Shown one piece after another: positions 9,470 to 19,494 of a stretch of DNA of 64,000 nt; within the stretch, counting starts at the first letter, position 1, and every line of letters begins with the position of its first letter. Below the pieces are notes generated by a model. It did not search any database and was not told the DNA's origin. It was given only the letters and a program-made list of their open reading frames with translations. Source of the stretch: Candidatus Doudnabacteria bacterium (GTDB lineage Bacteria > Patescibacteriota > Doudnabacteria > UBA920). Made by a program: the position numbers and the translations under genes. The stretch is taken from the NCBI GenBank assembly GCA_031291995.1, contig JARLHZ010000034.1, positions 14,915 to 78,914 of the forward strand. Direction: 5' to 3'.

Positions 9470-9643
9470 GTAACAGTTCACAAGCCTGAGTGAGGCCGAA
9501 AATCCTGCTGATTTTCCCAGCTGCGGGGCTCTTCGTTCATTCGCCTTTGGCGAATATCACAACGCCTCCCAATCCTCGCTGCGGAAAATCGCTAGCATTT
9601 CCGTCCTCCCGGGTTTGTCCAACTCGAGTTTGTGAACTGTTAC
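9470..9643. mobile_element. MITE-like element with 14-bp terminal inverted repeats
   Basis: GTAACAGTTCACAA ... TTGTGAACTGTTAC; interior also largely self-complementary. Confidence 0.6.
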
Positions 9644-9710
9644 AAAAATTCAGACTTGATTTATGTTTACTAAAATGGTATAATATCTCTATTATTAATT
9701 TATTAATTTT

Positions 9711-9962
9711 ATGGCGGAAGGCCATCACGATACAGGGCATCACGAAACTATTTCCCACGGAAGCACCAACAATGGGTTTTTTTTGAATATGTTTGAAACT
9801 TTGACTACCGGGGTTGCGGGTATAGTAAGTGAAGGTATGACCAATAATGCTTTAAATTTTACCACATCATTAAAAGATGTGGTGGCTCCCGATAACATTA
9901 AGTCTTCCAAGCGAAAAGGCGGAGGAGGCGGCGGAGGACATGCGGCGCCTGCCCATCATTAA
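9711..9962 (+). CDS. Hypothetical small protein with Gly/His-rich tail
   Basis: ORF after TGGTATAAT; abuts the next gene. Confidence 0.55.
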   Translation: MAEGHHDTGHHETISHGSTNNGFFLNMFETLTTGVAGIVSEGMTNNALNFTTSLKDVVAPDNIKSSKRKGGGGGGGHAAPAHH

Positions 9963-10400
9963 ATGGAACATACAGCCACAAATTTAAACGAGCTTATCGC
10001 GCTATTTTTATCCGAGGCAATCCGAACCAGGCGCACTTCTATTTCCCGAGCCGCGGAAATTTCCCAGCGCGTCGTCTCGCGTCTGCCGTTTTTACGATCC
10101 GAATCGGGAGCTCTTATGATGCTTACGGAAATAGAAAAAGATTTCCAGGAGGTCAGCGTTTTAAAACAGGCCCTTCATTTTGGTTATGGGGCTTCGGACA
10201 TTAAGGTCTACGAAAGGGAAATTAAGGATTACGCCGGCAAGCTGTTTATTAGGGATATTCCGTCTTCAAACCAGTTTTTGCAGGATGCGGCCTTACCGCA
10301 GATGACTATTCAGCAGTTATGCCTAAAATATCCTGATTTTTGTATTTACCTGCAACATAACAGCGATAAAGCCCAAATGTTGGCGCAATTGGCCGTATAA
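9963..10400 (+). CDS. Hypothetical protein
   Basis: 145-aa ORF coupled to the previous gene. Confidence 0.6.
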   Translation: MEHTATNLNELIALFLSEAIRTRRTSISRAAEISQRVVSRLPFLRSESGALMMLTEIEKDFQEVSVLKQALHFGYGASDIKVYEREIKDYAGKLFIRDIPSSNQFLQDAALPQMTIQQLCLKYPDFCIYLQHNSDKAQMLAQLAV

Positions 10401-10586
10401 TAAGGCTTATTCGCTATCCACTCTTTAGCCACAACCCGGATTTGCGGCTTTATTATTTTTTTGGTATAATGCCTTTGTACCTAAATGGCTTATTGAAACA
10501 AAAACCGCAAAATTACCGTAGTATTTAGTATAGAGTTTAGGCCATAGTTTTTTGCGTCTAAAAAACAAAACTAATTTTTTAAGCTT

Positions 10587-11228
10587 ATGGAAAAAGACAA
10601 AGACAAAATTGACAACAAAATTTCCAATTTGGTGCTGATTGCCCAAATGATAGACGCGGCTGAAAAAAATATCACCTCGGCCAAACAGATGTTAAGGGAA
10701 ATGATGGGCGGACCGGCTACCAAAGCGAATTTGGCGGCGTTTTCGGAAAAAGCCCAAACACTCACCGTTTCGGAAGGCGGCAAAGTTATTGAGGGCGTAT
10801 TTGACGGGCAGAACATGGTGGGTCCGGACAAAAAGCAGTATCCGGTGCCGGCCAACTATGCCTCCAAATCCAAACTGGTAGAGGGCGACGTATTAAAGCT
10901 GACTATTGCCGATGACGGTTCGTTTATATACAAGCAGATCGGACCGGTTGATCGCAAGAAAATGCTTGGCATGCTGATGGTGGATGAAAAGGGCGACTTC
11001 AGAGTTATGGCTGAAGGCAAGCCTTACAAAGTCTTGCTGGCTTCCTTAACTTATTTTAAAGCCGAGGCCGGAGACGAAGTGACCATTGTCGTACCCCAGG
11101 AAGGCGCGACCGAGTGGGCGGCAGTCGAAAATGTTATAAAAAAAGGCTCTCATTCTTTAAATACCGATATAGAAATGGGGGAGAATAGCGGCAGTAAGGT
11201 AATTGTGGACGAAGACGAGGAGCTATAG
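10587..11228 (+). CDS. Conserved CPR-type hypothetical protein
   Basis: IEGVFDGQNM...YPVPANYASKSKLVEGD..KLTI motif, recalled from CPR proteins; function unknown. Confidence 0.7.
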   Translation: MEKDKDKIDNKISNLVLIAQMIDAAEKNITSAKQMLREMMGGPATKANLAAFSEKAQTLTVSEGGKVIEGVFDGQNMVGPDKKQYPVPANYASKSKLVEGDVLKLTIADDGSFIYKQIGPVDRKKMLGMLMVDEKGDFRVMAEGKPYKVLLASLTYFKAEAGDEVTIVVPQEGATEWAAVENVIKKGSHSLNTDIEMGENSGSKVIVDEDEEL

Positions 11229-11325
11229 CAATTACAAATTAAAAATATCAAATTTTAAATTTGTACAAAGTTTTGGAATTTGAATTTGATTTGAAATTTG
11301 TAATTTGACATTTGAAATTTATATA

Positions 11326-11985
11326 ATGGACAACGTAGGTACAACTATGCCGAACCGAGAAAACGCTATTACCAGACTCCTGGAGCGTTTTCCGATAATT
11401 TACCAATTTCTGCGCTTTGCGGCGATTGGTTTTTTAAATGTCGCAATAAATTTTTTAATTTTAAACGGCATTTCAAAGGCTTTGGGGATATCGGAAGGTC
11501 TGCCACTTGGGGCTGTTGAGGCGGTGGCCTTTGTTTTTGCCCTGATTCAAAGCTACCTATGGAATAGAATGTGGACGTTTGGCGGCGAACAGGGCATATC
11601 GCTGTGGAAAAATTTTTTGCGGCTGGTGCTGGTGGGATCCGTTGGCGCGTTTTCGATTATTTTAGTCCTCGTCGGCTCCAAGTTTTTCGCTCCGCCGTAC
11701 TATTATTTTGGCATATTGCTGGTATTTTTAATCTGCCAGATAGTCCTGTGGCGGACTTTTGGCTTCCATACCTCAACCGCCGGACACACGGGCAATTCAT
11801 TTATCGCGTTTTTTATTGTAACGCTGGTGGGTTTTGGTATTAATGTCGGCTTGGTATCCCTAATTTCCCTGCACCTGCACATTACCCACACCGACCTGGA
11901 CAAAAACCTCGCCGCCGTCGCGGCCACCGCCGTATCATTGTTCTGGAATTTTTTTGGTTATAAGGTCGTGGTGTTTAAGAAATAG
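11326..11985 (+). CDS. GtrA-family membrane protein
   Basis: QFLRFAAIG, SYLWNRMWTF and WNFFGYKVVVFKK motifs. Confidence 0.82.
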   Translation: MDNVGTTMPNRENAITRLLERFPIIYQFLRFAAIGFLNVAINFLILNGISKALGISEGLPLGAVEAVAFVFALIQSYLWNRMWTFGGEQGISLWKNFLRLVLVGSVGAFSIILVLVGSKFFAPPYYYFGILLVFLICQIVLWRTFGFHTSTAGHTGNSFIAFFIVTLVGFGINVGLVSLISLHLHITHTDLDKNLAAVAATAVSLFWNFFGYKVVVFKK

Positions 11986-12111
11986 GTTTTAGTCTTTAAC
12001 TTGTAGTCTTTAGCTTAGAGCGGCATCGGCCGGTCTTTTTTTGATTTGACGCCGTAAGAGAGAGAGTACTATGAGGACAAGAATAAAAGTAAAATTTTTG
12101 AAAGGGAAATT

Positions 12112-12579
12112 ATGCAAGAAACAATGGATGAAACAAAAAAAGCCGATTGGCACCCTCTTCCCGAAGGCGAAGCTCACGATGAAGCCAATATGATGCGCGC
12201 TAATATGAAGCTCAATCCCGATACGGGATATGTAAAAAATCCCGGACTTAGTTATGAGGACGAAAGCCGACCGACTCCGGAAGATTACAATTATGCATTA
12301 AATGCAATTGAACAATTAAAAAAAGCGGCGGCAGACGAACCAAACTATCAAAAAGTTCTGCTTCAAATATCGCGTGTTGTTGCCAGGCCCTTCCAGGAGT
12401 TTTTTCACGCTTTAGACGCTGTAAGCCCGATTACAACGAAAACATTTAATGAAATGCACGAAAGACGTATGCACGCGTTGGATGACTCGGAAAAGCGCTT
12501 AAGAGCCATGCGGGAGTCCGGGCAAAATTTTGGCGACGCAGAGGCGGCTCATCACCCTAATGTGAAAGAAGAGAAATAA
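12112..12579 (+). CDS. Hypothetical protein
   Basis: 155-aa ORF followed by a terminator-like hairpin. Confidence 0.6.
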   Translation: MQETMDETKKADWHPLPEGEAHDEANMMRANMKLNPDTGYVKNPGLSYEDESRPTPEDYNYALNAIEQLKKAAADEPNYQKVLLQISRVVARPFQEFFHALDAVSPITTKTFNEMHERRMHALDDSEKRLRAMRESGQNFGDAEAAHHPNVKEEK

Positions 12580-12593
12580 TCGAAGATTCTACT

Positions 12594-12620
12594 AAACCCG
12601 GCCAATTTCAGCCGGGTTTT
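12594..12620 (+). terminator. Intrinsic terminator
   Basis: AAACCCGGC..GCCGGGTTTTT hairpin with T tract. Confidence 0.6.
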
Positions 12621-12660
12621 TAGGCTTTTTTTGTTTGTGGAAAAATGCTAATATAGCAAT

Positions 12661-13487
12661 ATGGATAGTATCATTTTGCGTGGGCCGCATAAAGACTTTG
12701 AGGCAATAAAAAAACTTGACGAAAACGGCATGGAATTTTGGCTTGCCCGTGAATTAATGCCCTTGCTGGGTTACGAAAAGTGGCAGAATTTTGAAGAGGT
12801 GGTCGGTAAGGCGGCGCGGGCTTGCATTCAGAGTGGTCAGGTTGTGGATAACCATTTTACCGGAATCAGTAAAATGATAAAAATAGCCAAAAATGCGGTT
12901 AGGCCGGCTAAGGATTACAAGCTTGATCGCTATGCTTGTTACTTAATTGCGCAAAATGGAGATACAAGCAAAGAACCAATTGCCTTGGCGCAGACTTATT
13001 TTGCCTTACAAACCAGAAGGCAGGAGATTTTTGAAAATTTGCCGGAAGACGAAAAACGTTTATTTGTCCGAGGGCAGGTTAAATCTCAAAATAAAAAACT
13101 CATGGGTACCGCCAAAGCCGCCGGCGTAACGAAGTTTGGCGTTTTTAACGACGCTGGTTACCTCGGGCTTTATGGAATGCATTTGGCGGATGTGGAAAAG
13201 CGGAAAGTCATAAAAAAAGCGAACTGCTCGACAGGGCAGGAACAACCGAATTGGCCGCAAATCTTTTTAGGATAACTCAGACGCACGAAAAATTAGATAA
13301 TGACAAAATTCAGGGAGACTATCAAGCCAGCAGGGTTCATAATATGGTGGGTGGAAAAGTCAGGCAAACAATTAAAGATATTGGCGGAGTTCTTCCGGAA
13401 GACTTGCCTGCCGAAAGGCATATTTGCCAAATTCAAAGAGAAGTAAAAAGCTTAAAATCAGGCAATAAAAAATTGAAAGTGAAATAA
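12661..13487 (+). pseudogene. dinD: DNA-damage-inducible protein D (Bro-N-like), split by a frameshift at the A7 run 13212-13218
   Basis: FWLARELMPLLGY, RYACYLIAQNGD and AQTYFA in frame 1; ELLDRAGTTELAANLFRITQ continues in the -1 frame. Confidence 0.8.
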
Positions 13488-13490
13488 TTT

Positions 13491-15170
13491 ATGGCAGTTT
13501 TATATAGGAAATACCGGCCGCAGACATTTGCGGAGGTGGTAAACCAAAAACATATAATTCAGACTTTAAAAAACCAGGTGGCGGCCGGGCAGGTTGCGCA
13601 TGCCTATTTGTTTACCGGGAGCCGCGGGGTGGGGAAGACGTCGGTGGCGAGGATTTTGGCTAAGGCGGTGAATTGTTTGGGGGCAAGCGGATCAGCTGGT
13701 CCGCTAATCGGTAAATCAGCCAGGCAGCCGGGGGACGCATGCGGTGAGTGCGATGTATGCAAACAAATTGAAGCCGGGAATTTTTTGGATTTGGTAGAAA
13801 TAGACGCGGCGTCAAATACCGGAGTTGAGAATGTGCGGGATTTAATCGAACACGTAAAATTCGCCCCATCAATAGGCAAATACAAAGTCTTTATTATCGA
13901 CGAAGTTCACATGCTCAGCAAGCAGGCGTTTAACGCCCTGCTCAAGACTTTGGAAGAGCCGCCGAGCCATACCATTTTTATTTTAGCCACTACGGAAATC
14001 AACAAAGTTTTGCCGACCATAATTTCCCGCACCCAGAGGTTTGATTTTAAGACGCTATCTCCGGCGGATATTTTAGGTCAGTTGCAATATATTGCCAAAC
14101 AGGAAAATTTGAATTTTAACCCGGAAATTTTGGAGCTGGTGGCCAATAATGCCGAAGGAAGCGCGCGCGACGCTTTGTCGCTGCTCGACAAGCTTTTGAC
14201 CCTGGGCGACGAACTGACACTGGAAGACAGCCAGCAGCTATTGGGAATTACCGACATTGCGGTTTGCGAAAAACTGTCGGAATATATAGTGGAAGGCAAG
14301 CTTGCGGAATTGCCGGCATTTTTTGAAGGGCTAATGGAGGGCGGCGCGGACTTCGCTATTTTAAATCGCGACTATTTGGAATATTTGCGAAAAGTTTTGG
14401 TATATAAAATTACCGATGACGCGGAAGGATTTGGATTGGCGGATACCCATCGGGACGCGCTTAAAAGCCTCGCTGCCAAACTGACCATACAGGATATAAT
14501 GTTTGTTATCCGGCTGTTTTTGCGTTCCTACAAGGAATTGGACAGCTCACCAAGTCAGGAATTGCCATTGCTGCTGGCGAGCCTCGAAGCCGCGCAGAAG
14601 AAGGATGCAGGGCTAAGGGCTAAGGGTACAGTGGATAGTGAGGCTAAATCGTCAAAGGTGTCTTTAAAATCTTTCGCGGGACATATTCATAATAGCGGGG
14701 AGCCGGTCGGGTCCGTTACGGCGATAACATCACAAGCGTCTTTAAACGAACCAAAATCCGCGCCTCAAGTGGAGTCGGTCGTTGTGGAGCCGGTCGCGCC
14801 GCTCGAAGTATTATCCCATGATGAAAACCTGTCCGGCGATACCGTCGAACTTCCGGAAGCGCGGATTTTTTGGCCCAAAGTCATCAGCGAGGTCAAAAAA
14901 ATCAACAGTCCTTTGGCCAACCTGTTAAAAAGCTGTGAACTTTTGGAAACCAAAGGAAATAAAATTATTGTCGGCGTCAAATACTTGTTCAACCAGCAGC
15001 ATTTGAGCAACGCCAAAAATATCGATACTATAATGAAGGTCTTAAAACTGGTCAGCGGGAAAAACTTGTCATTATCGACCGAAGTTCAAAAGCAACCACA
15101 GCCGGAAACGGCTACTGTCGGGGCGCTTTCCGATGCCCTAAAAGTTTTCGGGGGTGAACTAATAGAATAA
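13491..15170 (+). CDS. dnaX: DNA polymerase III subunit gamma/tau
   Basis: LYRKYRPQTF, GSRGVGKTS, EIDAAS, IIDEVHML and NALLKTLEEPP motifs. Confidence 0.97.
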   Translation: MAVLYRKYRPQTFAEVVNQKHIIQTLKNQVAAGQVAHAYLFTGSRGVGKTSVARILAKAVNCLGASGSAGPLIGKSARQPGDACGECDVCKQIEAGNFLDLVEIDAASNTGVENVRDLIEHVKFAPSIGKYKVFIIDEVHMLSKQAFNALLKTLEEPPSHTIFILATTEINKVLPTIISRTQRFDFKTLSPADILGQLQYIAKQENLNFNPEILELVANNAEGSARDALSLLDKLLTLGDELTLEDSQQLLGITDIAVCEKLSEYIVEGKLAELPAFFEGLMEGGADFAILNRDYLEYLRKVLVYKITDDAEGFGLADTHRDALKSLAAKLTIQDIMFVIRLFLRSYKELDSSPSQELPLLLASLEAAQKKDAGLRAKGTVDSEAKSSKVSLKSFAGHIHNSGEPVGSVTAITSQASLNEPKSAPQVESVVVEPVAPLEVLSHDENLSGDTVELPEARIFWPKVISEVKKINSPLANLLKSCELLETKGNKIIVGVKYLFNQQHLSNAKNIDTIMKVLKLVSGKNLSLSTEVQKQPQPETATVGALSDALKVFGGELIE

Positions 15171-15226
15171 ATGTGTTATAATATAGCGGTAGGCTCGTTC
15201 TCTAAAATTAGAAACAAAAAGTTCAA

Positions 15227-16738
15227 ATGTTAGACACCCCTGAACAAAAGCAAGTTTTTGCCGGGAGTATTGTCCTGATAATTATTTTGGGCGTTATTTC
15301 GATTTGGCAGCATCCGAATGTTACTCCCGTTGGTCCGGATTATGCCGCGCTTCAGCAGCAAAACCAGCAGGAACAGGCGGCAAATAACGCTTATTTGGCC
15401 TCCTTAGGCACCACAGCCCAGGCGCAGCAGCAGATTTTTAGCCAGATTTTACCGCCTGACCAGCTGCAGGCCGCGGTGGACCAGGCCCTTAATTCCAGCC
15501 AGACGATTACTATTCCGGTAGTGGCGGATTCCCAAATAAAAATCAGCAAAACCACGGGCAAGCAGGCTCTGCAAGATTATTTTAACCAAAGCGGGCCGAT
15601 TTTTGACCAATTGGCCAGCCTTACGGACGCGTCGCAAAATGACCTGTACAGCCAAACAGGAAACCAGGATAACATAAAAGGGTTAGCCCAATCCATAAGC
15701 AGTGACGAGACCGCGCTGGCGCAATTGGCGGTGCCGCAGGAGGCGGTGGATTTTCATAAACAGTTGTTAGTGGGGTTGCGGGTTTATGGGGACTTGGTTT
15801 CCGGATCGCAGAATTATATGACAGGCCAAGACCAAAACCCATGGCCGGATGTTTACAAAAATTACGTAATCATCGGCAACGTTTTAGCCCAGGGTAATAC
15901 CGATTATAACCAGCTTAACCAAAAATATAAATTCACGGCTTCCAGCGGCCAAACCGGACTCGCTTCCGGCAACTGGCTGGCGCCAAAAGCCAGTGCCCAG
16001 CTGGCTACCATAGACGTTTGGGCCAAAGCCCAACAAATTCTTGAAGAGGCGGCGGCTTCGGCGATTTCCCAATTTATGCTCAGTTTTTTGAGCAAGCTCG
16101 CGGATAAAATAGAAGCCAGCTATCGAATTTCCAACTTCTTATATTATTCGGACGCGTTAGTCAGCGGCCAATATGTGGATGACTATCTGAATAAATACGT
16201 CACCGATCCGGTGGACCGGACGATAGCCAAAAATTTTATTCCGGAAATTACCTGCGGCAATACCCAAAATTTAAATACCACGTTCAACGCCAAAGCAGAC
16301 CAATATTTGGGATTTGACCCGGCAACTCTTGACCCGAATGACCCCAACTATTATCAAAAACTTAACCGGGTAGGGAATTTTATGGCCACGCCCCAGGGCT
16401 GGCAGGAATATTACCTGGGAATAGCCCAACAGGCGCAATCCAACGCCCAGAGCGCGGCCAATAATGAAATTAACAGCCCGGGTCTTAAAGCCGGACGGGA
16501 CGCGCAGGGGAGCGGTATTCTTACGCCCGGCGCGACCAGCGAGGATGTCCTGCGCGGGATTTTTATGCGGTTTATGCAGGAGGGCAGTTCGGTCAGTACT
16601 TTCGCGTCCACGGAAAAAATTACCGCGCAAATTGCCACTACTTTTTTGAATAACTTTGTTCTTAAAGGTGTCACTCTGTTGGAGCAGAAGACCTGTATTA
16701 CCGTGCCCCAGTTGCAGCTTGTGACACAGGTGCCGTAA
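15227..16738 (+). CDS. Hypothetical membrane-anchored or exported Gln-rich protein
   Basis: N-terminal TM segment; long open frame. Confidence 0.65.
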   Translation: MLDTPEQKQVFAGSIVLIIILGVISIWQHPNVTPVGPDYAALQQQNQQEQAANNAYLASLGTTAQAQQQIFSQILPPDQLQAAVDQALNSSQTITIPVVADSQIKISKTTGKQALQDYFNQSGPIFDQLASLTDASQNDLYSQTGNQDNIKGLAQSISSDETALAQLAVPQEAVDFHKQLLVGLRVYGDLVSGSQNYMTGQDQNPWPDVYKNYVIIGNVLAQGNTDYNQLNQKYKFTASSGQTGLASGNWLAPKASAQLATIDVWAKAQQILEEAAASAISQFMLSFLSKLADKIEASYRISNFLYYSDALVSGQYVDDYLNKYVTDPVDRTIAKNFIPEITCGNTQNLNTTFNAKADQYLGFDPATLDPNDPNYYQKLNRVGNFMATPQGWQEYYLGIAQQAQSNAQSAANNEINSPGLKAGRDAQGSGILTPGATSEDVLRGIFMRFMQEGSSVSTFASTEKITAQIATTFLNNFVLKGVTLLEQKTCITVPQLQLVTQVP

Positions 16739-16952
16739 AATAGGGTTTTTCGCTTGACCCTTTTGCCGGATAAATACCGGATCCCGGATATTTTTTGCGG
16801 CTCTCAATTTGCATCAGCACAAAAAATTCCGGGATGACGTTTAAAATAGCTCTTGTTCTAAATGTCAAACAGCAAAATATAAGTAAAAACGGCCCGGATT
16901 TACGAATTTTGGGTTTTTTATGTTATAATTAGTTTAATTAACCTAAGAAAAT

Positions 16953-18215
16953 ATGGAAAATAATCAAGAAATCCAAACTACCCGGACCGCGGGGGAAGTT
17001 AACCAAAGGCCAATGGCGGTTTTAAGCCAAAAAATTATTATTTTAGTCGTTGTTTTGAGCGTTATTTTTGGAGCCATGGGCGGCGCTGGGGGCGCTTACT
17101 TTTTTTTGAAAGCGCCGGCTGGCCAAAAACTTTTATCGGTTAACCAGTCGTCGGGGCAAAAAATCAGCCTGACAGAGGATTCGGCTGTAATTGATGTGGT
17201 CAAACAGGCCAGTCCGGCCGTTGTTTCCATTATTATTTCCCAGGATTTAAATAAAATTCCGGGTTATGGGATGAACCCTTATAGTCAAAACCCGTTTTTT
17301 AATTTTTTTGGCGGCGGCCAAAGCCAGCAACAACAATCAACGGCGCCAAACGTGCAGGAAGTCGGGGCGGGAAGCGGATTTTTTGTTTCCGCGGACGGCT
17401 TGATACTGACAAACAAACATGTAGTGTCCGACCTGACTGCCAGCTACACGGTTATTACTTCCGACGGCAAAAAGTATGATGCCAAAGTAGTGGCCCAGGA
17501 TCCGGTGAATGATTTGGCTATTGTTAAAATTGGCATCCAGAACGCTCCTTATTTGAAGCTTGCCGATTCTTCCAGGCTTCAGGTAGGCCAGCACGTTATT
17601 GCCATCGGCAATTCGCTGGGGCAATACCAAAATACCGTGACCAGCGGCATTGTGTCCGGCATCGGCCGAAGTATTACCGCGGGTTCGGATACCGGCAGCG
17701 AAGACTTGTCCGGAGTGATTCAGACTGATGCCGCGATAAATCCAGGTAACAGCGGGGGGCCATTGCTGGATATTACCGGCCAGGTAATCGGTATGAATAC
17801 GGCCATCGACCAGCAGGGTCAGCTGGTGGGTTTTGCCATTCCTTCCAATGAAGTCCAAAAGGCACTGGAAAGTTTTCAGAAAAATGGAAAAATTACGCGG
17901 CCTTTTTTGGGCGTGCGCTATATTACCATTACTTCGGACATCGCCAAGCAGAATAATTTGCCCCAAGACTTTGGCGCTTTAATAGTGCGCGGGCAAAATG
18001 TCACCGACTTCGCCGTCCAGCCCGGCAGTCCGGCCGACAAAGCGGGATTGGTTGAGAACGATATTATTTTGGAAGTTAACGGGACAAAGGTGGATGAAAA
18101 TAATTCTTTATCGACGCTGCTGCAAAATTTTAATGTCGGCGATACCGTGGATTTGCAGGTTTACCACAAAGGCAAAACAGAAGATGTAAAAGTAACGCTG
18201 GGAGAATCGAAGTAA
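16953..18215 (+). CDS. htrA: HtrA/DegP-family serine protease with a PDZ domain
   Basis: TNKHV, DLA, QTDAAINPGNSGGPL triad motifs; PGSPADKAGL PDZ motif. Confidence 0.95.
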   Translation: MENNQEIQTTRTAGEVNQRPMAVLSQKIIILVVVLSVIFGAMGGAGGAYFFLKAPAGQKLLSVNQSSGQKISLTEDSAVIDVVKQASPAVVSIIISQDLNKIPGYGMNPYSQNPFFNFFGGGQSQQQQSTAPNVQEVGAGSGFFVSADGLILTNKHVVSDLTASYTVITSDGKKYDAKVVAQDPVNDLAIVKIGIQNAPYLKLADSSRLQVGQHVIAIGNSLGQYQNTVTSGIVSGIGRSITAGSDTGSEDLSGVIQTDAAINPGNSGGPLLDITGQVIGMNTAIDQQGQLVGFAIPSNEVQKALESFQKNGKITRPFLGVRYITITSDIAKQNNLPQDFGALIVRGQNVTDFAVQPGSPADKAGLVENDIILEVNGTKVDENNSLSTLLQNFNVGDTVDLQVYHKGKTEDVKVTLGESK

Positions 18216-18230
18216 ACAGGTACAGTATCT

Positions 18231-18690
18231 CCTCCTTGCTGAGGAGGAGTACCCGCCGCAGGCGGGGGAAGTGGTGAATAAATGGATTATCAGATAATAA
18301 AAAATAGACCAGACACAGTAAATTTTAGAAAGCAGTTGAGAAATAATTCATCACCGGCAGAAATTATATTATGGCTTGAGCTCAAAGGGCGAAAGTTAAA
18401 TGGTAGAAAATTTCGGAGGCAGTATGGGGTAGAACAGTTTACGGTTGATTTTTACTGTCCTGAATGTAAATTGGCTGTGGAACTAGATGGCGAGACCCAT
18501 AACAATCCTCAAAGCTTTAATTATGACGCCAAAAGAACAGAGGTTATATTGGGGCACGGAATAAAGACTATAAGATTTACTAATAAGGAAATCAGAGAAA
18601 ATTTAGCGGGAGTTTTGGAAGAAATTAAAAAATACTTGGATTGACACCACCCCGTCGCCCTGCGGGCGACACCCCTCCTCAGCAAGGAGG
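18231..18690. mobile_element. DUF559 nuclease cassette bounded by ~46-bp imperfect inverted repeats
   Basis: CCTCCTTGCTGAGGAGG...GTGGTG (18231-18276) mirrored at 18645-18690. Confidence 0.65.
18282..18644 (+). CDS. DUF559 / Vsr-like endonuclease
   Basis: RKQLRNNS.PAE.ILW, KFRRQ, VDFYC, ELDGETH and IRFTN motifs. Confidence 0.9.
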   Translation: MDYQIIKNRPDTVNFRKQLRNNSSPAEIILWLELKGRKLNGRKFRRQYGVEQFTVDFYCPECKLAVELDGETHNNPQSFNYDAKRTEVILGHGIKTIRFTNKEIRENLAGVLEEIKKYLD

Positions 18691-18717
18691 GGATGCTCCG
18701 CATTAGCTCTAACGAAT

Positions 18718-19158
18718 ATGAAAATTCTTGGAATAGACTATGGTACAGTAAGGATTGGATTGGCGATATCAGATGAATCGTTGACTTTGGCCCGGGAGCT
18801 GGATATATTATCGCCCAAGGAGTTTTGGGATCAGCTGAGTCAGCTAATCAGCAGTCAGCAAATTAGCAAAATAGTTTTAGGCTGGCCCCTAAATATGAAC
18901 GGGGAGCGGACAAAGAAGACGGAAGAAGTGGAAAGATTCAAGGTTAAAATTGAAAGTAAAACGGGCTTGCCGGTGGAAGTAATAGACGAGCGGTTAACAT
19001 CGCAGATGGCGGAACACATCAGCGACGATATCCGCCTTCGCCAAGGCTTCGGCGGTTCGCGTTCTAAAAATAAATTCGGGAGCGCGAAAAATGACCTGGA
19101 CAGTTTAGCCGCGCAAATTTTATTGCAAAATTATTTGGATAAAATGAAAAAAGATTAA
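18718..19158 (+). CDS. ruvX: YqgF/RuvX family nuclease
   Basis: ILGIDYGTVRIGLAISD, VLGWP, DERLTS and DSLAAQILLQNYL motifs. Confidence 0.93.
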   Translation: MKILGIDYGTVRIGLAISDESLTLARELDILSPKEFWDQLSQLISSQQISKIVLGWPLNMNGERTKKTEEVERFKVKIESKTGLPVEVIDERLTSQMAEHISDDIRLRQGFGGSRSKNKFGSAKNDLDSLAAQILLQNYLDKMKKD

Positions 19159-19208
19159 AAGAAATCCGGGCAGTTGGGACTGCCCGGAATTTGGCCCATG
19201 ATGGGCTG

Positions 19209-19439
19209 TCAACGGTTTTTTCTGAACGACTTGTGTGTTTGCCACGAGCGGGCGGCGGAAGTAATCGAAAACATAGCTCCGAAGATGACGACAAGCAGCG
19301 CCAAATCCATCAGGCTTGAGTCGTCGTGGGCTTTTGGGCCTTCGAATACCCCCATTAAAGAAAATACCAGAGACAATGTCCCTACAATCCCGACGAGCGC
19401 CGATAAAACAAACCACAATGCACTCCAGAAGCGTCTCAT
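19209..19439 (-). CDS. Small two-TM hypothetical protein
   Basis: Two hydrophobic segments; purine-rich SD-like sequence upstream. Confidence 0.5.
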   Translation of the reverse strand: MRRFWSALWFVLSALVGIVGTLSLVFSLMGVFEGPKAHDDSSLMDLALLVVIFGAMFSITSAARSWQTHKSFRKNR

Positions 19440-19494
19440 AAAACCCCCTTACTGCTTAATTATAGGAAAAATTAAACTATAGTCAACGTAAAAA

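Noticed and set aside
10587-11228. Ribosomal protein L7/L12 label sometimes given to this family
   Set aside because: No L7/L12 motifs are present, so it is left as hypothetical.
13491-15170. E. coli-type programmed frameshift inside dnaX
   Set aside because: I did not spot an in-frame A_AAA_AAG plus stimulatory hairpin in the linker; this was an eye scan only.
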